From contig JBFXKG010000002.1 in assembly GCA_050174015.1 (NCBI GenBank), forward strand, positions 1 through 64,000: a DNA stretch of 64,000 bases, in the 5' to 3' direction. This document shows, piece after piece, positions 9,549 through 19,695 of this stretch (position 1 is the stretch's first letter; every line of letters starts with the position of its first letter). A model generated the notes under the pieces. It saw only the letters and a program-made list of their open reading frames with translations. It ran no database searches and was not told where the DNA came from. This DNA is from Candidatus Krumholzibacteriia bacterium. Lineage in GTDB: Bacteria > Krumholzibacteriota > Krumholzibacteriia > LZORAL124-64-63. The translations under genes and the position numbers were made by a program.

Positions 9549-10409
9549 ATGGCGCACCTCCTGGCGGCATCCGTCCTGTGGGCCTTCTCCTTCGGCCTGA
9601 TCAAGGGGCACCTCACCGGGCTCGACCCCGGGATCGTGGCCTGCGGGCGACTCATCCTGGCCGCGGCGGTCTTCGCTCCCTTCCTCGGACGCATCACCGT
9701 CAGGGGCCGCGCCCTGCTGCAGGTGCTCGGTCTGGGGGTGGTCCAGTTCGGCCTGATGTACGTCCTGTACATCGCGGCCTTCGAGTACCTGGCCGCCTGG
9801 ATGGTCGCCCTGATGACCATCTTCACCCCCTTCTACGTGGTGGGGTTGGCGGGCCTGATCTCCGGCGGCCTCAACCGCCGGCACCTGGCCGCGGCTTTGC
9901 TGGCGGTCGTCGGGGCGGGGATCGTACTCGTCGAAGGGTTGCCCGACGGCGGCGACTGGCGGGGCGTGGTCCTGCTGCAGGGGGCCAATCTCTGCTTCGC
10001 CCTGGGCCAGGTGGTCTTTCCCCGGCTCAGGGAGGGCCTGGGGTGGCCGGAGTCGGGTCTGCTGGCCTGGATGTACCAGGGTGCGGCGCTCTTCGCCCTG
10101 GTGATGGTCCTGCTGGATCATCCGGACGTTTCGGGCTGGGACGGCCAGGCCGTCCTGGTCCTGACCTACCTCGGCGTGGTTCCCACCGCCCTGGGCTTCT
10201 ACCTGTGGAACAAGGGTGCGGCGCGCACCTCCTCGGCCCTGCTGGCCGCTGCCAACAACCTGAAGATCCCCCTGGCGGTGCTGGTGTCCTGGCTGGCGTT
10301 CGGGGAGGAGGCGCCGTACCTGCGGGCCCTGGCGGGGATGGCCCTGATCACGGCCGGACTGATCCTTGTCCAGCCGCCGAGAACCCGGGACCCGGGCCGA
10401 TCCCCTTGA
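9549..10409 (+). CDS. EamA/DMT-family transporter
   Basis: About 10 hydrophobic helices; LWAFSFGLIK N-terminus; LGFYLWNKG; two EamA repeats. Confidence 0.85.
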   Translation: MAHLLAASVLWAFSFGLIKGHLTGLDPGIVACGRLILAAAVFAPFLGRITVRGRALLQVLGLGVVQFGLMYVLYIAAFEYLAAWMVALMTIFTPFYVVGLAGLISGGLNRRHLAAALLAVVGAGIVLVEGLPDGGDWRGVVLLQGANLCFALGQVVFPRLREGLGWPESGLLAWMYQGAALFALVMVLLDHPDVSGWDGQAVLVLTYLGVVPTALGFYLWNKGAARTSSALLAAANNLKIPLAVLVSWLAFGEEAPYLRALAGMALITAGLILVQPPRTRDPGRSP

Positions 10410-10440
10410 GGAAAGGCCCGGGTCGGTCGAGGCCGCGGCC

Positions 10441-10842
10441 TCAGTCCGGAACGCCGGTGTCCACGGCCACCTTCCAGCCGCCGTCAGGCTGGCTCCGCCA
10501 GATGGTCAGGTACCGCCCCCGGCTTTCGCCGACCTCGCCCGAAGGGGAGAGGCTCCGGCTGAGGTAACGGCCGGTAGTCCAGCCCATGGTGCCGTCCGCG
10601 GAGATCCTGGCCGCGTCCGGGGCCCATTCCAGGGCATATCCGGGCAAGGAGAAGGCCGGACCCATGAGGGCCTCGATGCCCGGCTGGCCGATCACCTCGC
10701 GTCCGGTGACGATCTGCCGGCCGTCGGGGGCGAACCATTCCGCCCAGATCCGGCCCCGGTCCGAGGGCTCCGCCGCGGCGACAGCCGCCGCGAAGCGGCG
10801 GTCGGCATCCAGCAGCACCGAAGCGTCAGCGGTCCCGCCCAC
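10441..10842 (-). CDS. YybH/DUF4440 NTF2-like protein
   Basis: LEWAP...ISADGTMGWTTGRY...GRYLTIWRSQPDGGWKVAVD. Confidence 0.8.
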   Translation of the reverse strand: MGGTADASVLLDADRRFAAAVAAAEPSDRGRIWAEWFAPDGRQIVTGREVIGQPGIEALMGPAFSLPGYALEWAPDAARISADGTMGWTTGRYLSRSLSPSGEVGESRGRYLTIWRSQPDGGWKVAVDTGVPD

Positions 10843-10845
10843 CAG

Positions 10846-13044
10846 TCAGCCGCCTTCCAGGCCGAGGACCCTGGCGAGGAAGGCGAAGCGGTCCGCGGTC
10901 TCCTCGATGATCATGGCCGTGGGCTTGCCGGCGCCGTGTCCGCTCTTGGTCTGGATGCGGATCAGGACGGGCAGGTCGCCGGCCTGACAGGCCTGCAGCC
11001 GGGCGGCGTACTTGAAGCTGTGGCCGGGCACCACGCGGTCGTCGTGGTCCGCCGTCGTCACCATGACCGCCGGATAATCCACGCCCGGCCGCAGGTTGTG
11101 GTAGGGGCTGTAGGCGTTCAGGACCGGGAACATCTCCGGATCCTCGCTGCTGCCGTAGTCGCTCACCCACGCCCACCCGATCGTGAAGTGCTGGAAACGC
11201 AGCATGTCCATCACGCCGACGGCGGGTATGGCCGCGCCGAACAGTTCGGGCCGCTGGTTGACCACCGCCCCGACCAGGGTGCCTCCGTTGCTGCCGCCGT
11301 AGATCGCCAGCCTGTTCGGATTGGTGTACCGCTCGGCGATGAGGTATTCGGCCGCCGCGATGAAGTCGTCGAACACGTTCTGCTTGCTCGCCAGCATCCC
11401 CTGCCGGTGCCATTCCTCGCCGTACTCGCCGCCCCCGCGCAGGTTGGCCACCGCGTACACCCCGCCCTGCTCGAGCCAGGGCAGGATCGCGGCGGAGAAG
11501 GAGGGATTCAGGCTGATGTTGAACCCGCCGTAGCCGTACAGCAGGGTGGGGTTGGAGCCGTCGAGCGCCAGATCCTCCTGGTGGACCAGGAACATGGGCA
11601 CGCGGGTGCCGTCCTTGCTGGAGAAGAAGACCTGGTGCGTCCGGTAGCCGGCGAAATCGAAGGCGATCTCCGGCTTGCGGAACAGGGTGCTCAGGCGGGT
11701 CTTGAAGTCGAAGTGGTGGATCTCGCCGGGATTCAGGTAGCTGTCGAAGACGTAGTAGGCCTCCGTGTCCCCCGGGTGACCGCGGAACCCGCTCACGTTG
11801 CCGAGTCCGGGCAGGGGGATCTCGTACCGGAAGGCGCCGTCCAGGTCGTGGACCCTGACCCGGTTGACGACGTCGTGCATCGAGGTGACCACGAACTGGT
11901 TGTTCAGGATCGACACGCTCTCGACGGGATCTTCGGATTCGGGGATGAGGGTTTGCCAGTTCTCGCGTTCGGGGTGCCGCAGGTCCACGGCGATGATCTT
12001 TTCCCGCGGGGCGTCGAGATTGGTCTGGAGGAAGAACAGCGGGCCGTCGTTGCCCAGGAAGCGGTAGCTCGCGTCGAAGTCCTGGAGCAGGGGACGAACC
12101 ACCAGGCTCTTGTCCAGCAGATCCTTGTAGAACAGACCGTTCTCGCGGGCGGTTCCCTTCCAGACCGAGACGACCAGGTAGCGGCCGTCCTCGCTCACCT
12201 CGCCGCCGAAGCCCCAATCCTTCCGGTCGGGGCGCTCGAAGACCAGCCGGTCCTCGGCCTGGGAGGTGCCCAGCCGGTGGTAGTAGAGCTTCTGGAAGTA
12301 GTTGGCGCCCTCGAAGGTCTCGCCCTCGCGGGGGGCCTCGTAGCGGCTGTAGTAGAAGCCCCGGGCGTCGTGGTCCCAGGCGGCGCCGCTGAACTTGCTC
12401 CATTCGACCTTGTCGGGCAGATCCTCGCCGGTGTCGACGTCGCGCACGTACCAGGTGCGCCAGTCCGACCCGCTGACGCTGGTGGACCAGGCCAGATACC
12501 GGCCGTCCCGGCTGATGCTGGTGCCGCCCAGGGAAACGGTGCCGTCCTCGCTCAGGGTGTTGGGGTCGAGCAGGATCCGGGGGCCGGCCTCGGGCTTGTC
12601 CTCGACGTAGAGGACGGACTGGTTCTGCAGCCCGTCGTTCTTGGTGAAGAAGGTGCGGCCGCCCTCGCGGAAGGGCGCGCTGTACCTCTCGTAGTTCCAG
12701 ATCTCGGTCAGGCGGTTCCGGAAGCTTTCCCGGGCGGGGATGGAGGCGAGGAACCCGAAGGTGACCTCGTTCTGGGCCTGGACCCAGGCCCGGGTCTCCT
12801 CCGAGTCCACGTCCTCCAGCCAGCGGTAGGGGTCCGCGACCGGAACGCCGTGGTAATCGTCGAATTGTTCTTGCACCCTGGAGGCGGGATAGGTCAGCTT
12901 GTCCATGGTCACCGGGTTCCTCGTGAAGCGGGGGGCCGTGTCCGTGGGTTCGTCCACCTTCTCCCCGCAACCGGCGCCCACGATCAGGCTGAGGGCGAGG
13001 GCGGGCAGCACGGCGGCGAACCGGGAGGGGATGAAGCGCGGCAT
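10846..13044 (-). CDS. Prolyl oligopeptidase (S9A), probably a lipoprotein
   Basis: [22 protein letters not shown] nucleophile, [15 protein letters not shown]-terminal GAGC lipobox-like; AAGGAG RBS. Confidence 0.92.
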   Translation of the reverse strand: MPRFIPSRFAAVLPALALSLIVGAGCGEKVDEPTDTAPRFTRNPVTMDKLTYPASRVQEQFDDYHGVPVADPYRWLEDVDSEETRAWVQAQNEVTFGFLASIPARESFRNRLTEIWNYERYSAPFREGGRTFFTKNDGLQNQSVLYVEDKPEAGPRILLDPNTLSEDGTVSLGGTSISRDGRYLAWSTSVSGSDWRTWYVRDVDTGEDLPDKVEWSKFSGAAWDHDARGFYYSRYEAPREGETFEGANYFQKLYYHRLGTSQAEDRLVFERPDRKDWGFGGEVSEDGRYLVVSVWKGTARENGLFYKDLLDKSLVVRPLLQDFDASYRFLGNDGPLFFLQTNLDAPREKIIAVDLRHPERENWQTLIPESEDPVESVSILNNQFVVTSMHDVVNRVRVHDLDGAFRYEIPLPGLGNVSGFRGHPGDTEAYYVFDSYLNPGEIHHFDFKTRLSTLFRKPEIAFDFAGYRTHQVFFSSKDGTRVPMFLVHQEDLALDGSNPTLLYGYGGFNISLNPSFSAAILPWLEQGGVYAVANLRGGGEYGEEWHRQGMLASKQNVFDDFIAAAEYLIAERYTNPNRLAIYGGSNGGTLVGAVVNQRPELFGAAIPAVGVMDMLRFQHFTIGWAWVSDYGSSEDPEMFPVLNAYSPYHNLRPGVDYPAVMVTTADHDDRVVPGHSFKYAARLQACQAGDLPVLIRIQTKSGHGAGKPTAMIIEETADRFAFLARVLGLEGG

Positions 13045-13169
13045 GCGGACTCTCCTTGCTGGTTGCGGCATCGGGGGACCGGGAGGCGATTCCGGTCCAC
13101 ATTAGCGCAAACCCGGCCCTTTGTCAGGTGAACTCGAGCCCGCCCGCGGGACGGGCCCCGGGAGGATCG

Positions 13170-13847
13170 ATGGCCCTGCAGGTCATCCACGAGGACAATC
13201 ATCTGCTGGCCGTGGGCAAGCCGGCCGGTTTGCTGGTCCAGGGCGACGCCAGCGGTCACCCCACCCTGCTGGATGAGGCCCGGGAGTACCTCAGGATCAA
13301 GTACGCCAAGCCGGGCAATGTCTACCTGGGGCTGGTCCACCGACTGGACCGGAACGTCTCGGGGTTGGTCCTGCTGGCCCGCACCAGCAAGGCGGCGGGA
13401 CGCCTGTCCGGCCAGTTCCGCGCCGGGACGGTCCGCAAGACCTATCTGGCCGTGGTGGCGGGCCGGCCCGCCGCACCGGACGGGATCCTGCGGGCCCATC
13501 TCGCCGCCAAGGGGGACGACGAGGGGGTGACCCGGGCCGGGGCCGAGCCCTTTCCCGGTTCCCGGGAGGCCGTCCTGGAGTACCGGGTCAGGGAGTCGGC
13601 GGGGGGACTTTCCCTGCTGGAGGTGCACCCGGTCACCGGGCGACGCCATCAGATCCGGGCCCAGCTGGCCCTGGTCGGCTTCCCTCTGCTGGGGGACGTG
13701 AAGTACGGCTCCGGGCGGCGTCTGGCCGACCGGCGGATCGCCCTGCACGCCCTGGCCCTGGAAGTGGCCCACCCGGTGGGCGGCGCCCCCCTGCGGCTGG
13801 TCTGCGAACCGACGTCCGACTGGCCCTGGCCTCCGGAGCCGATGTAG
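13170..13847 (+). CDS. RluA-family pseudouridine synthase
   Basis: KPAGLLVQGD, VHRLDRNVSGL, TGRRHQIRAQL, LLGDVKYG, LHA. Confidence 0.9.
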   Translation: MALQVIHEDNHLLAVGKPAGLLVQGDASGHPTLLDEAREYLRIKYAKPGNVYLGLVHRLDRNVSGLVLLARTSKAAGRLSGQFRAGTVRKTYLAVVAGRPAAPDGILRAHLAAKGDDEGVTRAGAEPFPGSREAVLEYRVRESAGGLSLLEVHPVTGRRHQIRAQLALVGFPLLGDVKYGSGRRLADRRIALHALALEVAHPVGGAPLRLVCEPTSDWPWPPEPM

Positions 13848-13892
13848 CCCGGCTCCTTATCGGATGGGCTGCTGCAACCCGGGAGAAGCACG

Positions 13893-15062
13893 ATGTTCCA
13901 GATCGATGTCACGGTGATCGGCGGGGGGATCGTGGGCTGCGCCATCGCCGACGAGCTGGCCCGCCGGGGATGTTCCTGCGTCCTGCTGGAGCAGGAGAGC
14001 GGCCTGGCGCGCAGCACCACGTCCCGCAACAGCGAGGTCAGCCACGGGGGCATGTACTACCCCGCCGGCACCCTCAAGGCCAGGTTCTGCGTGGAGGGAC
14101 GCCGCCTGCTGAAGGAGTTCTGCTCCGCCGCGGGAGTCGGTTACCGCGAGTGCGGCAAGCTGATCGTCGCGGTGACCGACCGGGAGGTGGGACACCTCGA
14201 GGACCTGTTCGCCCTCGGTACCGCCAACGGGGTGGAGGATCTGCGGCTGCTGGACGCCGGGGAAGTCCTCGACCTCGAACCGGAGATCAAGGCCGTGGCG
14301 GCCCTGTTCTCGCCCAGGACCGGCATCCTGGACGCCGAGGGCGCCGCCAGGGCCTTCGCCCGCCGGGCCGAGGCCGCCGGCGCCAGGGTCATGGTCGGCG
14401 CCCGGGTGACGGGGCTGCGGCGCAAAGGCGGGGTCTGGGAGGTGGACGTCTCTCCCGGAGACGGCGGGATGCGGGAGGGCTGGCGGCACGGCAGCCGTTG
14501 CGTGGTCAACGCCGCGGGCCTGTGGGCGGACCGGGTGGCCGCCCTGGCGGGCATCGACGTGCCGGGCCGCGGCTGGGATCTGCACCTGTCCAGGGGCAAC
14601 TACTTCGTCCTGGATCCCCGGCACCAGGGGCGGGTCCGCCACCTGGTCTATCCGGTCCCCCCCGCCGACGGGACCACCCTGGGCGTCCACGTCTGCCTCG
14701 ACCTGGGGGGACGGCTGAAGCTGGGCCCGGATTACGAGGTCCCGCGCGAGGATCCACGCTCCGGCGTCGTGGGCAGCGGGCTGAGCGCCAATCTGGATTA
14801 CCGGGTTGATCCCGACCGCCGCCGGGCTTTTTTTGAGGGAGCCCGTACCTTCCTGCCCTGGCTGGAGGCGGGGGACCTGGCGCCCGACATGTGCGGCATC
14901 CGGCCCAAGCTCTCGGTGACGGGCTTCCGGGACTTCGTGGTCGCCGCCGAGGCGGGGGACGGGGAAGGCCTGGTGAACCTGGTGGGCATCGATTCGCCCG
15001 GACTGACCAGCGCGCCGGCCCTCGCCCTGGAGGTCGGGCGCCTTGCGGCGGAAATCCTGTAG
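13893..15062 (+). CDS. FAD-dependent oxidoreductase, L-2-hydroxyglutarate oxidase (LhgO)-like
   Basis: GGGIVG, TSRNSEVSHGGMYY, NAAGLWAD, GIRPKL, GIDSPGLTSA. Confidence 0.85.
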   Translation: MFQIDVTVIGGGIVGCAIADELARRGCSCVLLEQESGLARSTTSRNSEVSHGGMYYPAGTLKARFCVEGRRLLKEFCSAAGVGYRECGKLIVAVTDREVGHLEDLFALGTANGVEDLRLLDAGEVLDLEPEIKAVAALFSPRTGILDAEGAARAFARRAEAAGARVMVGARVTGLRRKGGVWEVDVSPGDGGMREGWRHGSRCVVNAAGLWADRVAALAGIDVPGRGWDLHLSRGNYFVLDPRHQGRVRHLVYPVPPADGTTLGVHVCLDLGGRLKLGPDYEVPREDPRSGVVGSGLSANLDYRVDPDRRRAFFEGARTFLPWLEAGDLAPDMCGIRPKLSVTGFRDFVVAAEAGDGEGLVNLVGIDSPGLTSAPALALEVGRLAAEIL

Positions 15063-15099
15063 AGCCGGAACCCTTTCGGCGTGCGTCTGGGGAACCTGA

Positions 15100-15858
15100 A
15101 TGTGGATCGTCTTCGGTCTGGTGCTCGTCTGCGCCCTGCTCGTCTTCCCGGGCTGCCGCCCGCGCGGGGCCGGCGTCCGCCCGCTGTTCGTGGGGACCGG
15201 ACGGCACTGGCGCCGGAACTACGGGCGCCGGTCCTTCCTGCGCCTCGGCGGAGCGGTGGTCGCCGCGGGAGTGCTGGCCTACAGCGGCGTCGACGAGGCG
15301 GTCGACGAGCTGCACTCGCGGTCCCTGCGTTCCGCGGGATCGGACGCCCTGGCCCGGCTGGTCAAACCCTGGGGCGAGAGGTTCTGGTTCTTCGCCTGGC
15401 TGCTGTCAGGGGCGATCGACGCCTGGGTCAGGACCAGCAGCTTCAGCCGCTGGGGCCGCAAGAACTTCGAGGCCATGGTGGTCGGGCTGCCCACGCTGTG
15501 GACCCTGCAGCGGGGGCTGGGGGCCAACCGACCCAGCTCCGACGAAGCCGATCCCCGTTGGCGTCCCCTGGCGGCCGACAATGCGGCCTCGGGCCACGCC
15601 TTCATGGCCGCGATCCCCTGGTTGACCCTGGCCCGCAGGACCGGCCGGAACGATGCCCGGCGGACCGCGCGGCTGGCGTCGGTCCTCACGGGGTGGTCGC
15701 GGCTCAACGACCGGAAGCATTATCTTTCCCAGGTGATCCTGGGTTGGACCATCGCCTGGAACGCCGTCGAGGCGGTGGCGGATGATCCCGACAACCTCTC
15801 CGCACCGACTTCCACCGGAAGGACCACCGATGGCTCGCCCGCATTCCCAGCGAACTGA
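15100..15858 (+). CDS. PAP2-superfamily membrane protein
   Basis: RP..., ASGHAF, SRLNDRKHYLSQV (C3 motif with Q in place of the usual D); hydrophobic segments. Confidence 0.7.
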   Translation: MWIVFGLVLVCALLVFPGCRPRGAGVRPLFVGTGRHWRRNYGRRSFLRLGGAVVAAGVLAYSGVDEAVDELHSRSLRSAGSDALARLVKPWGERFWFFAWLLSGAIDAWVRTSSFSRWGRKNFEAMVVGLPTLWTLQRGLGANRPSSDEADPRWRPLAADNAASGHAFMAAIPWLTLARRTGRNDARRTARLASVLTGWSRLNDRKHYLSQVILGWTIAWNAVEAVADDPDNLSAPTSTGRTTDGSPAFPAN

Positions 15859-17812
15859 TCCGACGTACGCTCTGATTTTCGCCCTGGCCCTCCTGGCGGC
15901 CATCCCCTGCGCCGCCTGGGGTGCCGGCCCGACGCCCGCCGTGCTGGACCTGACGCTGGCCCCTCCGTCCTCCGTTCCGGTTTATCGGGCCCGACCCCTG
16001 GATGCGGCCGCCCTGGCCGCCGAGGATGCCGACCGGGAAGCGGCCGGGGAACCCTACCGGTTCGCGGTGGCCGAACCCGTCGCGCTCACTCCGCATAGTT
16101 CGGGTCGCTGGGAACAGCCCACGGCCCGCCACCGGGTCTGGCGACAGCGCTTCGTCGCCCCGGGGGCCCTGTCGCTGAATCTCGGGTTCACCCGCTGCGA
16201 ATTGCCGGCCGGCGCGCAGCTCAGCATCTACCCCACCGACCTTTCCGGTCCTGACGATCCCCGCGGCGTGCGGGTCTTCACCGACCGGGACAACGACGAC
16301 CACGGCCAGCTGTGGACTCCGGTGGTCCTGGCCGACGACGTCACCGTGGAGCTGCTTTTGCCCTGGTACGCCGAGGACGACTTCCCCCTGGAACTGGGCT
16401 CGGTCAACGTGGGCTACCGCTTCTTCGGCGAGGACCTGCGGGACAAGTCGGGGTCCTGCAACATCGACGTGGTCTGCCCCGAGGGCGACGACTGGCGCCG
16501 GGAGATCGACTCGGTCGGGGTCTACACCATCGCCGGCACCTGGAAGTGCTCCGGGGCCCTGATCAACAACACCCGCGAGGACGCGGCGCCCCTGTTCCTG
16601 ACCGCCCACCACTGCAACAACAGCATGGAATCCGCGGCGTCTTCGGTGGTGGTCTACTGGAACTTCCAGAGCCCGGTCTGCGCCCAGCACGGGGGCGGGT
16701 CCCTGGACGACTTCCAGTCGGGTGCGATCTTCCGCGCCACCAGCAGCGCTTCGGACTTCACCCTCATCGAGTTCGACGACCCCCTGGATCCGGAACACGG
16801 CTGCACCCTGGCCGGCTGGGACCGGCGGGATCTCGCGCCCCGCAGCGTGGTGGGCATCCACCACCCCAGCACCGACGAGAAGAGCATCAGCTTCGAGAAC
16901 GACTCGACCCTCATCACCACCTACCTGACCACCGCCAGCCCCGGCAACGCCGACCACCTGCGGGTGGGGGACTGGGACCTGGGCACCACCGAGCCGGGCT
17001 CCTCGGGCAGTCCCCTGTTCAACCCCGAACACCTGATCGTGGGCCAGCTGCACGGCGGATGGGCCGCCTGCGGCAACAACCTGGCCGACTGGTACGGGCG
17101 GCTGTACACCTCGTGGGCCGGGGAGGGCACTCCGGATTCGCGTCTGCGGGACTGGCTGGATCCCGTGGGCACGGGAGTGGAGATCCTGGGCTTGCTGGAT
17201 CCCGGCAATCCCGAGCAGGCGGTGACCCCCACCGCGGGCCTGGAATTTTCCGGCATCGTCGGCAGCGATCTGACCGGGCTCGAAGGGTCCTACCAGATCA
17301 GCAACATCGGCATCAACCCCATCGACTTCCGGGTGGAGCCCTCGGTGGAGTGGCTCACGGCCGATCCGTCCGAAGGAACGGTCCCCGGGGAATCCCAGGT
17401 CCAGGTCCGGATCGCGGTGAACGCCGCCGCATCCGGGCTGCCGGCCGGGGTCAACACCGCGACGGTGGCCTTCACCAACCTGACCGGCGGCCTGGGGTCG
17501 ACCACGCGCCCGGTGGCGCTGACCCTGCAGTCGGGATCGCCGCGCATCGCGGCCCTGGGCCCCAACCCCTTCAGCGAGTTCCTCGAGTTCACCATCGTCC
17601 TGCCGGGACCCGGCGCCTACCACGCCAGGATCCTCGACCTCAGGGGCATGGTGGTCCGCGACTTCGGCCACCGGGCGGCCGTGGCGGGCGAGAACACCCT
17701 GGGCTGGAACGCGGAGGATGACCGGGGCCGGGTCCAGGCCGCCGGGACCTACATCCTGCTGGTGGATGGCGCGGGGACCACCCTGCGGGCCTCCTTCACC
17801 TTTTCTCCGTGA
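15830..17812 (+). CDS. Secreted trypsin-like (S1, lysyl-endopeptidase-like) serine protease with Ig-like and FlgD-type C-terminal domains
   Basis: CSGALINNT, LTAHHC, SDFTLI, TEPGSSGSPLF, GQLHGG; PNPF...WNAEDD.G....AGTY. Confidence 0.85.
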   Translation: MARPHSQRTDPTYALIFALALLAAIPCAAWGAGPTPAVLDLTLAPPSSVPVYRARPLDAAALAAEDADREAAGEPYRFAVAEPVALTPHSSGRWEQPTARHRVWRQRFVAPGALSLNLGFTRCELPAGAQLSIYPTDLSGPDDPRGVRVFTDRDNDDHGQLWTPVVLADDVTVELLLPWYAEDDFPLELGSVNVGYRFFGEDLRDKSGSCNIDVVCPEGDDWRREIDSVGVYTIAGTWKCSGALINNTREDAAPLFLTAHHCNNSMESAASSVVVYWNFQSPVCAQHGGGSLDDFQSGAIFRATSSASDFTLIEFDDPLDPEHGCTLAGWDRRDLAPRSVVGIHHPSTDEKSISFENDSTLITTYLTTASPGNADHLRVGDWDLGTTEPGSSGSPLFNPEHLIVGQLHGGWAACGNNLADWYGRLYTSWAGEGTPDSRLRDWLDPVGTGVEILGLLDPGNPEQAVTPTAGLEFSGIVGSDLTGLEGSYQISNIGINPIDFRVEPSVEWLTADPSEGTVPGESQVQVRIAVNAAASGLPAGVNTATVAFTNLTGGLGSTTRPVALTLQSGSPRIAALGPNPFSEFLEFTIVLPGPGAYHARILDLRGMVVRDFGHRAAVAGENTLGWNAEDDRGRVQAAGTYILLVDGAGTTLRASFTFSP

Positions 17813-17887
17813 TGTGGTATGATGGAAGGCCCGGATTCCCGGTCCGGGCCCTGCGACCCTGGTCCTGCAGCACCGGAGCCGAGCCTC

Positions 17888-19624
17888 ATGAACTTCCGCA
17901 TCCCGGCCGCCGTCCTGGCCCTGGCCGGCGGCCTGACGTCCGCCTGTCCCACCCCTGCCCAGACCCATGCCCTGGGCGACACCTTGACGGTGATCCAACG
18001 GCCCCTGCTCAACATCCCCTCCCTGGTCGTTCCGGGCGGTGATCTGGTCATCCGGTGCGCCGCCGCGCCGACGGCCGCCGGCTGGACGGCCTCGCTGCAG
18101 CGCGGGGGGCTGGACATCCCCTTGACCCTCGACGAGGCCGCCTACGATCCCGACACGCTGTGGTGGACCCTGCTGGCCGTGGTGCCCGAGGTTCCCGTCT
18201 TCGATCTCTACGATCTGCGGGTGACCGCCGACGGGGGAATCGACGACGTGACCCGGCAGGCCGTGAGCGTCATGGCCCAGGTCCCGGGGGAATACTACTT
18301 CGTCCATCTCACCGACACGCATCTGCCCACCTACCTCTACTACGACCAGAGCGGGGCGGACACCGACAGCACCAACACGGTGGGCCTGCGGCACATCATC
18401 GGCGACGTCAACGTGATCAACCCCGCCTTCGTCGTCATCACGGGCGACCTGATCCACGAGGGGGAGCTCGAGGACTTCCTGGAGAAGCGGTACTACAGCC
18501 GGGCGCAGCGCCAGCTGACGGAGTTCGCGGTGCCGGTCTTCCTGACCGCCGGCAACCACGACATCGGGGGCTGGAACGACACCCCCCCGAGCGACGGCAC
18601 GGCGCGCAGGGACTGGTGGCGGTTCTTCGGGTGGAAGCGCCTGGACAACCCCCCGCCCGGCGCCCCATGGCGGACCCAGGACTTCAGCTTCGACCTGGAC
18701 GCCGTCCACTTCGTCTGCCTGGAAGCGTACGACAACTACGATTCCTGGCGCTGGCCCATCTACGGGTACGAGAGCTTCATCGGCAGCCAGATGCAGTGGC
18801 TGGCGGACGACCTCGCCGCGGCGCCTGCCGGGTCCGCCAGGGTCCTGTTCTACCACTACGACTTCCAGAACCAGATCGATCTGTCGGCTCTCGGGGTGGA
18901 CCTGGCCCTGTGGGGACACATCCACAGCGACAGCGGCAGCCTCACCGGGAGCCCCCTGGACGTCTCGACCGACAACGCCGGCGGCCAGAACCATCCCTTC
19001 CGGCTGGTGCGGGTCTCGGACGGGCGGGTCGTGCCCCGCCCCACCCTCTCCGCCGGGACCGTGGGACAGACGCTGACCGTGGGCTACAGCCCGGCCAACG
19101 ACGGCGCCCACGACCGCATCACCGCCACGGTGGTCAACGGCCATGCGGAACGGTTCGAACACGGCCTGCTGAGGATCCACATGCCGCCCGCGGCGGGGTA
19201 TCTCGTGACGGGAGGGACCCTGGTCCAGCGGGACGATTCGGGCCCGGACGTGGTCTGCTACGTCAGGGCGGACGTCCCGGCCTCGGGTTCCCTGGCCGTG
19301 ACGGTGGAAGCCGACCACTTCACCGGCCTTCCCGGCGGAGCCCCCGCGGCCGCCCGTCTCGCGGCGATCCATCCCAACCCCTGCAATCCCCGGGCGGAGA
19401 TCGCCTTCGAACTGGGGAAATCCGGGCCGTGCCGCCTGACCGTCTTCGACGTCCAGGGCCGGGCGGTCACGGTGATCGAGGACCGCGTCCTGGAGGCGGG
19501 CGCCCACCGGGCCGTCTGGGACGGCAGGGATGCCGCCGGCAGGGACCAGCCCTCCGGCGTCTACCTGGTCTCCCTGCGGGCGGGCTCCTTCAGCGAGAAC
19601 CGCAAGCTCACCCTGGTCCGCTGA
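17888..19624 (+). CDS. Secreted calcineurin-like metallophosphoesterase with FlgD-Ig C-terminal domain
   Basis: TDTH, TGDL, GNHD, FYH, GHIH; PNPCNP...WDGRD..G...PSGVYLV. Confidence 0.85.
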   Translation: MNFRIPAAVLALAGGLTSACPTPAQTHALGDTLTVIQRPLLNIPSLVVPGGDLVIRCAAAPTAAGWTASLQRGGLDIPLTLDEAAYDPDTLWWTLLAVVPEVPVFDLYDLRVTADGGIDDVTRQAVSVMAQVPGEYYFVHLTDTHLPTYLYYDQSGADTDSTNTVGLRHIIGDVNVINPAFVVITGDLIHEGELEDFLEKRYYSRAQRQLTEFAVPVFLTAGNHDIGGWNDTPPSDGTARRDWWRFFGWKRLDNPPPGAPWRTQDFSFDLDAVHFVCLEAYDNYDSWRWPIYGYESFIGSQMQWLADDLAAAPAGSARVLFYHYDFQNQIDLSALGVDLALWGHIHSDSGSLTGSPLDVSTDNAGGQNHPFRLVRVSDGRVVPRPTLSAGTVGQTLTVGYSPANDGAHDRITATVVNGHAERFEHGLLRIHMPPAAGYLVTGGTLVQRDDSGPDVVCYVRADVPASGSLAVTVEADHFTGLPGGAPAAARLAAIHPNPCNPRAEIAFELGKSGPCRLTVFDVQGRAVTVIEDRVLEAGAHRAVWDGRDAAGRDQPSGVYLVSLRAGSFSENRKLTLVR

Positions 19625-19643
19625 TCCGGAATCCGAAAAAGTG

Positions 19644-19670
19644 AAGGTCCCCGGCGGAACCGGGGACCTT
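19644..19670. terminator. Hairpin between convergent genes (probable bidirectional terminator)
   Basis: AAGGTCCCCGG-cggaa-CCGGGGACCTT, perfect 11-bp stem. Confidence 0.65.
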
Positions 19671-19695
19671 GCGGGGTGAATCAAGCCGGCGGGGC

